Source: a bacterium
Lineage (GTDB): Bacteria; Eisenbacteria; RBG-16-71-46
DNA length: 25,348 nucleotides
Direction of reading: 5' to 3'
Assembly (NCBI GenBank): GCA_043779265.1
Contig: JAYWEM010000064.1
Location: forward strand, 1 to 25,348
Positions 1-7,510 of this stretch are shown here, piece after piece; positions within the stretch are counted from its first letter, which is position 1, and the number at the start of each line of letters is the position of its first letter. Made by a program: the position numbers and the translations under genes. The notes beneath the pieces were generated by a model that was not told where the DNA came from, did no database searches, and saw nothing but the letters and a program-made list of their open reading frames with translations.

Positions 1-96
1 TGACCTCGTAGCGTCGCATCCGTTCGGTCCCCCCAACCCCGCCATCCTTGGCGAGTTGGCAGCATCGTACGGCTTGCGACTGTTCTCAGACAGAGC

Positions 97-177
97 CTAG
101 CATGTCCAGCGAATTTCTCGGGGCGAATGGTTCACCTCACCAGGGAACAGTTCTCGAAGCATCAATTGCTTCAGCAT
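97..177 (-). CDS. Putative 26-aa small ORF (MLKQLMLRELFPGEVNHSPREIRWTC)
   Basis: ATG at 177 has AAGGAG 8 nt upstream and the stop TAG is at 97-99. It lies in a lower-GC intergenic stretch. No homology recognised. Confidence 0.3.
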   Translation of the reverse strand: MLKQLMLRELFPGEVNHSPREIRWTC

Positions 178-361
178 GGCTAGTGCTCCTTCAGCTAGAC
201 ACCTGAATCAAGCCTAAACTGGAGTGAGGGCCTGGAACCCATAGCCTCGTGCACACGCATGCTTCATGCCGCGAAGAAGACGATTGTACGAATCCACGGC
301 AACTCCTGGCTTCTCTGGCATGCAGGTGCGGAACTTGACCTGGGCGATCGAGCTCTGAGCC

Positions 362-1285
362 CTACCGCCGTGCTCTCGCCACCCTCGCCGCACGGAACAC
401 CGCGGCGTGCGCCTCGATCGTGGTCTCGAGTGGGCGCCCGTAGCCGCCGCCCAGCGTGATCACCTCGGGCAGGCCTCTCGCCTCGGCCCATGCGAACACG
501 CGGCGGTCGCGCTCGGCCAATCCTGCGTGCGTCATCTTGAGTCGACCGAGCCGGTCAGTGTGCAGCGCGTCGACGCCCGCCTGATAGAACAGCAGATCGG
601 GGACGTGTCGATCGAGCGCGCCGGGCACGTGCGCATCGAGCGCCGCGAGGTAGGTCGCGTCATCGGCGCCGTCGTCCAGCTCGACGTCGAGTCGGCTCAC
701 TTCCTTCTGCAGCGGGTAGTTGTGCCGGGCATGCAGCGAGAACGTGAACGTGTCGGGGTCCGAGGCGAAGCAGACGGCGGTGCCGTTGCCCTGATGCACG
801 TCGAGGTCGAGCACGAATGGACGTCTCGCCAAGCCGTCGCGGCGGAGCAGCGCGATCGCGATCGCGGCATCGTTGAACAGGCAGTACGCCTCGCCTCTCG
901 AAGGGAACGCGTGGTGCGTGCCGCCCGCGAGATTCCCCGCGATGCCGTGCTCGAATGCCGCACGCGTCGCCATCACCGTGCCGAAGATGGCGGCACGCGC
1001 TCGCGTCACGAGCGCCTCCGACCACGGCAGCCCGAGCCGGCGGATCTCAGCGGCGGTCCAGGCGCCCTCGAGCGTGCGCGTCACGTAGTCGGATGTGTGC
1101 GCCGCCTCGAGCCACTCGCGAGGCGCCGGCTCCGAGCGAGTCACCCACTCGGGCCGCACGGTGCCCTCGCTCACAAGCTGCTCGCGAACGCCGGAGTACT
1201 TGAGGATGGGGAACGAGTGCGCCTCGGGCAGCTCGAGCGAGTGATGATCGCTCGACCACAGCAACAGCGGCCTCGCCTCGTTCAT
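362..1285 (-). CDS. Zn-dependent histone deacetylase family protein (HDAC/AcuC-like), 307 aa
   Basis: Motifs GGTHHA, AYCLFND, DLDVHQGNGT, YQAGVD and GGGY. The start MNEARP overlaps the photolyase stop (ATGA at 1282-1285). The upstream part of the 628-aa track ORF is a shadow frame. Confidence 0.92.
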   Translation of the reverse strand: MNEARPLLLWSSDHHSLELPEAHSFPILKYSGVREQLVSEGTVRPEWVTRSEPAPREWLEAAHTSDYVTRTLEGAWTAAEIRRLGLPWSEALVTRARAAIFGTVMATRAAFEHGIAGNLAGGTHHAFPSRGEAYCLFNDAAIAIALLRRDGLARRPFVLDLDVHQGNGTAVCFASDPDTFTFSLHARHNYPLQKEVSRLDVELDDGADDATYLAALDAHVPGALDRHVPDLLFYQAGVDALHTDRLGRLKMTHAGLAERDRRVFAWAEARGLPEVITLGGGYGRPLETTIEAHAAVFRAARVARARR

Positions 1286-2709
1286 GCGCCCTTGAGTTCG
1301 CCGTACATCGCCAGCGCCTGCTCGCGTTGCTCGGCGTGGTCCACGATGGGATGGGGATAGTGCTCGCCCAGCTTGATGCCATGTTCCGCGAGTACCAGCA
1401 GCGGCGCCCGCCACGGCGCGTGCAAGTGTCGATTCGGAAGAGCGGCCAACTCGGGAACCCAACGCCGCACATAGTCGCCCTCCGCATCGAAGCGCTGGCT
1501 CTGGAGAACGGGATTGAAGATGCGGAAGTAGGGCGCGGCGTCGGTGCCGGTGCCGGCCGCCCACTGCCAGCCGCCGTTGTTGCTCGCGAGATCGCCATCC
1601 ACCAAGTGCTGCATGAAGTGCCGCTCTCCCCGTCGCCAGTCGATGAGCAGGTCCTTGGTGAGGAACGAGGCCACGACCATGCGCGTGCGGTTGTGCATGA
1701 AGCCGGTCGCGAGCAGCTCGCGCATGCCGGCGTCCACGATCGGGTAGCCGGTCCGGCCCTCGCGCCAGGCGTCGAACCAGGCGTCTCGACCACTCCAACG
1801 GATCGCGTCGAACTCGGGGCGGAACGCGCCATGCTCGCAATGCGGGAAGTGGTGCATCACGTGAGCGTAGAAGTCGCGCCAGCGCAGCTCGGTGATGAAC
1901 TTCTCGCTGTGCTTCGCAAGCGCCGGTGCCCCGCGCGCGGCCTCGATCGCGGCGTCGGCCACGCGCCGGATGCCGAGCGTGCCGAACTTGAGATCGGCCG
2001 AGAGGCGGGCGTGTGCCCGCACGGCGGGGAAGTCGCGCTCGGTGGCGTACTGCGACAGCCCGGCCGAGCCGTCCTCGAGGAAGGCCGAGAGCCTCGCCTC
2101 GGCAGCGGATGCGCCGCCCGGCCAGCGCTCGCTCGACGGCTCGGGGATGCCAAGCCGATCGAGGCTCGCGATGGCGCGGCGAGGAAGATCGTGGGCGGCG
2201 AATCGCGAGACGGTCGGAAGCGGCCTGGACAACGGCAGCTTCTCGCACGCACGGCGGAACGGGGTGTAGACAGTGTACGCCGTGCCCGAGCCCGTCAGGA
2301 CCTCGCCGGGCGGAACCAGGAGTCGGTCGTGGAAGCGCCGAACCGCGATGCCGGCCGCCAGCAGCGACGCCTCCACCGCATCGTCTCGAGTGCGAAGCGC
2401 AGGCTCGTACTCGTCGTTCCAGTAGACGGCATCGGCGTTCGAGGCCCGGGCGGCGTGCAGCACCGTGTCGGCCGCATCGCCATGCGCGAGTGCCAGATGC
2501 GAGCCGGCAGCCGCGATACGGGACGCCAGTTCGTGCAGCGAATCGAGCACGAACCGCACGCGCGTTGCCGCCAGGTCGGGCCGACCGAGCAGGGAGGGTT
2601 CGCTCGTGTAGAAGGGCACCACGTCACCTGTGGCGTCGCGGGCTGCCTCGGAGAGAGCCGTGTGGTCGTCGAGTCGCAGGTCCTTGCGGAACCAGATCAG
2701 GATGCGCAT
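1282..2709 (-). CDS. phrB: Deoxyribodipyrimidine (CPD) photolyase, 475 aa
   Basis: Motifs WFRKDLRLDDH, ELRWRDFY, GRTGYPIVDAGMREL, MHNRTRMVVASFLTKDLLIDWR and NNGGWQWAAGTGTDAAPYFRIFNP. Confidence 0.95.
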   Translation of the reverse strand: MRILIWFRKDLRLDDHTALSEAARDATGDVVPFYTSEPSLLGRPDLAATRVRFVLDSLHELASRIAAAGSHLALAHGDAADTVLHAARASNADAVYWNDEYEPALRTRDDAVEASLLAAGIAVRRFHDRLLVPPGEVLTGSGTAYTVYTPFRRACEKLPLSRPLPTVSRFAAHDLPRRAIASLDRLGIPEPSSERWPGGASAAEARLSAFLEDGSAGLSQYATERDFPAVRAHARLSADLKFGTLGIRRVADAAIEAARGAPALAKHSEKFITELRWRDFYAHVMHHFPHCEHGAFRPEFDAIRWSGRDAWFDAWREGRTGYPIVDAGMRELLATGFMHNRTRMVVASFLTKDLLIDWRRGERHFMQHLVDGDLASNNGGWQWAAGTGTDAAPYFRIFNPVLQSQRFDAEGDYVRRWVPELAALPNRHLHAPWRAPLLVLAEHGIKLGEHYPHPIVDHAEQREQALAMYGELKGA

Positions 2710-2715
2710 GCGGCC

Positions 2716-2721
2716 ACTTTA
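2716..2721 (-). promoter_or_regulatory. Putative -10 element (TAAAGT) of a leaderless phrB transcript
   Basis: TANNNT lies 6 nt upstream of the ATG and there is no Shine-Dalgarno sequence. Confidence 0.5.
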
Positions 2722-2744
2722 GATGAAGTCGTGCGCCGAGCGAC

Positions 2745-3284
2745 TCAGCTTCGTTCCGCACCTTCGAGCAGATCGGGAGGCATCGCGCCTTCGTGTCGCA
2801 GCAGCCACGCCTTGGCCGGCAGCCCGCCGCCGTAACCCCACAACGTGCCGTCGGCGGCGATCACACGGTGGCAGGGCACGAACAGGCTCACCGGGTTGGC
2901 GCCGTTCGCGGAGCCCACCGCGCGCACGGCGGTGGGGCGGCCGATCGCCGCGGCGAGCTGCGCGTACGTCCACGTGGTGCCGACGGGGATCTGCCGCAGC
3001 GCATCCCACACGCTGCGCTGGAACTCGGTGCCGTGCATGCGGACGCGCTGCTCATCGAGGGCGGCCACATCGCCCTCGAAGAATCGCCGGAGCCGCGTGG
3101 CGGCGCCGGCGGGGTCGTCGTCGGCCGTGAGCTTCAGAGCGCCCATGGCACGGCGCAGGTGGGCATGCACGCTGCTCTCTTCGAACGCGCAGCCGAGGCT
3201 GACGCCGACGAGTGCGTCGTCGCTCGCGGCGAGTCCGATGGGTCCGATGGGCGAATCGATCGTGGTGGTGGTGAGCGAGTTCAT
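2745..3284 (-). CDS. ogt: Methylated-DNA--protein-cysteine methyltransferase, 179 aa
   Basis: Motifs GTEFQRSVW, IPVGTTWTY, AVRAVG and the active site PCHRV. The start MNSLT overlaps the alkA stop (ATGA) and has AAGGAGG upstream. Confidence 0.93.
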   Translation of the reverse strand: MNSLTTTTIDSPIGPIGLAASDDALVGVSLGCAFEESSVHAHLRRAMGALKLTADDDPAGAATRLRRFFEGDVAALDEQRVRMHGTEFQRSVWDALRQIPVGTTWTYAQLAAAIGRPTAVRAVGSANGANPVSLFVPCHRVIAADGTLWGYGGGLPAKAWLLRHEGAMPPDLLEGAERS

Positions 3285-4741
3285 GGGGCCGTCCTCCTTC
3301 GTGGCCGCGGCGGGCGCGCGGAATCGGCCCGCCACAGTGCAATGAGCGCGTAGGCGCGCCAGGGTCGCCAGCGTTCGGCGCGTGCGGTGACCTGCCGCTC
3401 GCTCGGACGTCGGCCGGAAGATTCGAGAGCCCGCTGCAGCGCGAGATCGCCGGCCGGGAACGCGTCGGGCTCGCCCAGCGCGCGCATCATCAGGTAGTCG
3501 GCCGTCCACGGCCCGATGCCCGGGAGCGACAGCAGCTTGGCCCTCGCGATCGCGGGATCGGTGCCGGGCGAGAGCGACAGTTCGCCGCTCGCGACGGCCC
3601 GGGCCAGCAGGCGAAGCGCCTCGGCGCGTGACTGCGGCACTCCGAATGCGGAGACCGGCAGCGCCGCGATCTGTTCGGGTGCCGGGAACAGATGCGTGAG
3701 TGAGTCGGTCTCGTTCGGCAGGCGTTCGCCGACGCGCGCCACCAAACGCGCAGCCAACGTGCGCGCCGCGGCGACCGACACCTGCTGTCCGAGCAACGCG
3801 CGCACCGCGACCTCGAAGCCATCCCAGGCGCCGGGCACACGCACGGTTCCGCCACCCAGCGCCTTGGCCAGCCGCGGGTCCTCGCTCAGATGAGCGGCGA
3901 CGGCCGCCGCATCGGTCTCCAGGTCGAACACACGGCTCGCCCTCGCCACCCACTGCGGCAGCGCCGCGGCGGCCTCGGCGGGTGCCTCGAGCGTGATGCC
4001 GCCTTCGTCGGCATGCAGCGTCACGACGGCGCCACCCTGCGGCAGCGCCACGGTGCGGCGATAGGTCGAACCGCTCACGATCTCGACACCCGGCAGCGCG
4101 CGTACCTCGAGGAACGCGAGGATCGGCGCAGGGTCGAACGGCGCGCGGGCCGCGAGCCTCAGCGACAGCGGGGCGTCCCGGCTGACGCGGCCGCGCAGCG
4201 CGCTCGGCGGCGCGCGGAACACGCGCGTCACCTCGGATCGCATGCGGCGGGCGCTGCGATAGCCGGCGGCCAGCGAGACGTCCTCCAGCGAAGCGGTCGA
4301 ACCTTCGAGAAGGCGCCTGGCGAGGTGCGCGCGACGCGAGGCGGCGACCGCGTGCGGCGAGGCGCCGATTTGCTCGGCGAACAGCATGCGCAACCAGCGG
4401 TCGGTCATGCCGAGGCGCGAGGCGAGTGCCTCGACCGAGCACTCATCGAGCGCGCCCTCGTCGATCAATCGCAATGCGCGGGCGACGGTCGCGCTCGTGC
4501 CGAGCGCGGCGGGTGTGCCGGGCGCGGTCTCCGGGCGGCAGCGGCGGCACGGTCGGAACCCCTCGCCCTCGGCGGCGGCGGCGCTGGCGTAGAAACGCGC
4601 ATGGCGTATCGCGGGCAACCGCGCCGGACAACCGGGCCGACAGTAGATGAGCGTCGAGGCGACGCCCATGACGAAGCGCCCGATGAAGCGGCGATCGCGG
4701 CTCGTGTAGGCGCGCCAGCAGGAAGCGGGGTCGAGTGTCAT
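3281..4741 (-). CDS. alkA: Ada-AlkA fusion (Ada Zn domain, AraC HTH, DNA-3-methyladenine glycosylase II)
   Basis: Zn ligands C..YCRPGC..RPCRRCRP, HTH, GQQVSV, HhH motif LPGIGPWTADY, FPAGD and WRPWRAY. Start placed at MTLDP (4741); 4750 is the alternative. Confidence 0.93.
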   Translation of the reverse strand: MTLDPASCWRAYTSRDRRFIGRFVMGVASTLIYCRPGCPARLPAIRHARFYASAAAAEGEGFRPCRRCRPETAPGTPAALGTSATVARALRLIDEGALDECSVEALASRLGMTDRWLRMLFAEQIGASPHAVAASRRAHLARRLLEGSTASLEDVSLAAGYRSARRMRSEVTRVFRAPPSALRGRVSRDAPLSLRLAARAPFDPAPILAFLEVRALPGVEIVSGSTYRRTVALPQGGAVVTLHADEGGITLEAPAEAAAALPQWVARASRVFDLETDAAAVAAHLSEDPRLAKALGGGTVRVPGAWDGFEVAVRALLGQQVSVAAARTLAARLVARVGERLPNETDSLTHLFPAPEQIAALPVSAFGVPQSRAEALRLLARAVASGELSLSPGTDPAIARAKLLSLPGIGPWTADYLMMRALGEPDAFPAGDLALQRALESSGRRPSERQVTARAERWRPWRAYALIALWRADSARPPRPRRRTAP

Positions 4742-4748
4742 GCCCCGC

Positions 4749-4754
4749 ATCCTA
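4749..4754 (-). promoter_or_regulatory. Putative -10 element (TAGGAT) of a leaderless ada-alkA transcript
   Basis: TANNNT lies 7 nt upstream of ATG 4741 and there is no Shine-Dalgarno sequence. Confidence 0.5.
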
Positions 4755-4768
4755 GCGGCTGCGGGGCG

Positions 4769-6451
4769 TCAGCGGCGGCCGGATTCGGAAGTGGTCGTCG
4801 GGGCCGGATCGGGCCGTTGTCGGGGGGGCGGTAGCACCTGCGCCCGCGCCAGGACGAGCGCTGGCGAACGCATGAGGATCTCGAGCGGGGCCTCGATCGA
4901 CCGTGCCACGTCGGCCTCACGAGACGGTCGGAACGCCACGTACACGCGGCCGTCGCGCCCGGCGCGCTCGGTGAGTCGATCGAGCGTCGGCGCCACGATC
5001 AGGTTGCGCGGCATCAGCAGCCGGAGCGAGGGCGGTGGCTCGTGCGGCATCACGAGTGGCGCCAGCGGCGGTGAGGCGCGCAGCATGGCCTCGGCGGCCT
5101 CGCGCGTGTTGAGCCAGTGCTCCAACTCGGGCAGAGCGCGGCCGAGCACGATCGGGGATCCGAGCGCGATGGGCAGCGCGAACAGTCCGGCTGCCAGTTT
5201 GCGCGCGCCGCGCAGGTCGGCGAGGAGCGGCGCCGCCGATCCGATGAGCAGTGCGATGCCGGTCAGGCGCAGGCTCATCATCGCCTCGGGGAGCTGCGAG
5301 CCGAGCGTCTCCATCAACAGGGCGCCTACCGCACCCATGATCGCTGTGAGCCTCGTCGCGCTGCTCAGATGTGTGCTGTCGATGTCGCCCTCGAGGACAC
5401 GGTCGAGGAACCGGCCGCAAAGCAGCGCGATGCCCGGCAGCACCGGCAGCGCGGCCGTCAGTGGCGGCCCCGGATAGAGTGCGATGGGAATGGACGCGGC
5501 GAAGATCAGCGCGACCAGTGCATGCGAGAGGTGGTCGGGATTCGCGGAGGCGTCGGCGCCCACCGGTTGCGCGCGGCGCAGGCGTGAGGCGGCGTCGCGC
5601 ATCGCCGCTCCCATCAGCGAGGTCCACGGGAACGCGAGCACGACGGTGAACGAGAGCGCCATCACCGGTCCCGCCCACCATGCACCGCGTGTCTCGGCGG
5701 CGTAGGGGAAGAATGCGATCTGGCTGAGGAACGCCTTGCCGTGCAGCGCCGTCATCAGTCCGTACCACGGCAACTGCATGCCGAGCATGATGAGCAGCCC
5801 CGAACCGAGTCCGAGTGAGACGCGCGGTGTGACGCCGCGCGCGAGCCTTGCGTAGAGCAGGAAGCCGCCCAACGGCCACAGCGCGGACAGCGGGCCGCCG
5901 ATCAGTGCGGTCGCGCCGAGCATCACGTACGCGGCGACGCGGTAGAGGTCGGGAGCGCGCGAGCGGCCGATCCTCACGGCGAGAAGTGAGGCGATACCGA
6001 GCCATGCGCCGAGTGCCGCGAGCAACTGCGTCCCATCACAACGAGCGGCGAGCGGCAGTCCCAGCATGGAGGCGAGCGCACACGCGGCGAGCCAGCCGGC
6101 GCGGCTGCCGAAGCAGCGCGCGCCGATCATCGCCACCAGCAGTGCCAGCGCCGCCGCCAGCGCGGCGCGGACGGCGCGCGAGACCGCGACTTCAGTGCGC
6201 ACGGTCGCGCTCGGGGCGATGCGGCGCAGCGCGGCTCGCGCCAGCATCTCGTGGCCATAGCCGGCGAGCGGCTTCTCGAAGTACGGTTCGCCCGCGTGAA
6301 CCGGGAACAGCATGTCGCGGCCCTCGAGCATCTCGCGCGTCACATGGGCGTCGCGCGCCTCGCGCCAGTCGATCGCCTCGATCGCCGCGAGACCCGGAAG
6401 CAGCGTCAATCCCAGCAGCCCCGCCAGAGCCCACGGCAGCAGTCGCCTCAC
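4769..6451 (-). CDS. ArnT/PMT-like GT-C membrane glycosyltransferase, 560 aa
   Basis: DWREARDAHVTREML..FP..GEPYFEKP loop after TM1, many TM segments and LPWY. The GTG start overlaps the GNAT stop (GTGA at 6448-6451). Confidence 0.8.
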   Translation of the reverse strand: MRRLLPWALAGLLGLTLLPGLAAIEAIDWREARDAHVTREMLEGRDMLFPVHAGEPYFEKPLAGYGHEMLARAALRRIAPSATVRTEVAVSRAVRAALAAALALLVAMIGARCFGSRAGWLAACALASMLGLPLAARCDGTQLLAALGAWLGIASLLAVRIGRSRAPDLYRVAAYVMLGATALIGGPLSALWPLGGFLLYARLARGVTPRVSLGLGSGLLIMLGMQLPWYGLMTALHGKAFLSQIAFFPYAAETRGAWWAGPVMALSFTVVLAFPWTSLMGAAMRDAASRLRRAQPVGADASANPDHLSHALVALIFAASIPIALYPGPPLTAALPVLPGIALLCGRFLDRVLEGDIDSTHLSSATRLTAIMGAVGALLMETLGSQLPEAMMSLRLTGIALLIGSAAPLLADLRGARKLAAGLFALPIALGSPIVLGRALPELEHWLNTREAAEAMLRASPPLAPLVMPHEPPPSLRLLMPRNLIVAPTLDRLTERAGRDGRVYVAFRPSREADVARSIEAPLEILMRSPALVLARAQVLPPPRQRPDPAPTTTSESGRR

Positions 6452-7386
6452 GCGCCGCCCACGGCGCGGCGCCACAGGCCATGCTGCAGCGTGCGGGTCA
6501 TCCCGACCGACTCGTAGAGAGCTGTTGCGCCGCTGGCGTTCTGGGCGTCGACGCCCAGTTCGACCCGTCGCTTGCCGATCGCATGGAAGCGTGCGAACGA
6601 GTCGAGCAGCAACGCCCGAGCGACCCCACGGCCGCGCGCCGCGGCCCTTGTGCCGAGGCGGGACACCCAGCCCACCTCGCCCTTGTCGAAGGCCTCGATG
6701 GCGCCACAAGCGAGGTCGCCTTCTCGTGCGATCATGAAGAGGTTCGCGCGGAACTGAGGATCGCCGAGCACTTCGGCGCGCCACGTCTCGAGGGTGCGCG
6801 GGTGAGGTCGATAGTGATCCGCGAACGACTCTTCGAGCACGGCGTGCAGCTCGACATCGTCGAGCCCCGGCCGGAACTCGGCGAGCGAGAACCCCGTCGG
6901 CATCGTCGGCCGGGCGGGTGGGGAGTCGGGCAGCGTGATCGTCATCCGGAGGATGACGCGATCGCACGCGAAGCCAGCGGCCTCGAGTGCTGCGCGTTTC
7001 GGAGCGTTGCCCTCGATGCTGTAGATTCCGAGCCGCGCTCCGGCTGGGCCGCTTCTCGAAGCCGCCTGCTCGAGGAGCCAGGAGATGAGCACGTCGAACC
7101 ACGGTTCGTCAGCGTGTGACGGATGCACGTCCAAGTGGGCGTCGTACTCCTCGCCCGCGACACGCGGCGTCAACTCGGCATTTGCGATGATCGAGCCGTC
7201 CTCGCCTCGCACGACGCGGGCATCGCCTGCCAGATCCATCGACTCGGCTTCCCACTCGTGGCGGATCTCGTCTTCGCTGGTTTCCGATTCGCCGGTTTCA
7301 CTGATGTCCACGGCACGAACGAGCGCGGTGACGCCGGCGATGTCCTCGAGTCGGGCGGGTTCGAGCCGGGCGGCCAACGGGTGCAT
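6448..7386 (-). CDS. Tandem GNAT acetyltransferase (MshD-like architecture), 312 aa
   Basis: C-terminal LGTRAAARGRGVARALL and LGVDAQNASGATALYESVG, with a degenerate N-terminal GNAT (VHPSH). GAGG precedes ATG 7386. Confidence 0.88.
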   Translation of the reverse strand: MHPLAARLEPARLEDIAGVTALVRAVDISETGESETSEDEIRHEWEAESMDLAGDARVVRGEDGSIIANAELTPRVAGEEYDAHLDVHPSHADEPWFDVLISWLLEQAASRSGPAGARLGIYSIEGNAPKRAALEAAGFACDRVILRMTITLPDSPPARPTMPTGFSLAEFRPGLDDVELHAVLEESFADHYRPHPRTLETWRAEVLGDPQFRANLFMIAREGDLACGAIEAFDKGEVGWVSRLGTRAAARGRGVARALLLDSFARFHAIGKRRVELGVDAQNASGATALYESVGMTRTLQHGLWRRAVGGA

Positions 7387-7442
7387 GGGATCCTCACGGG
7401 TCGTCGTGGAGCGAAGGTCGGGCGCCACAGTCTAGCGCACGA

Positions 7443-7471
7443 TTGACCCTCCGCGCCGCGCCGAGCACACT
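7443..7471 (+). promoter_or_regulatory. Putative sigma70 promoter for the M1 peptidase operon
   Basis: TTGACC-N17-CACACT. A divergent TAGACT -10 element lies on the minus strand at 7429-7434. Confidence 0.4.
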
Positions 7472-7510
7472 CGCCCCACTCACCGATCGGACGCTCGCCG
7501 GAGGATACCG

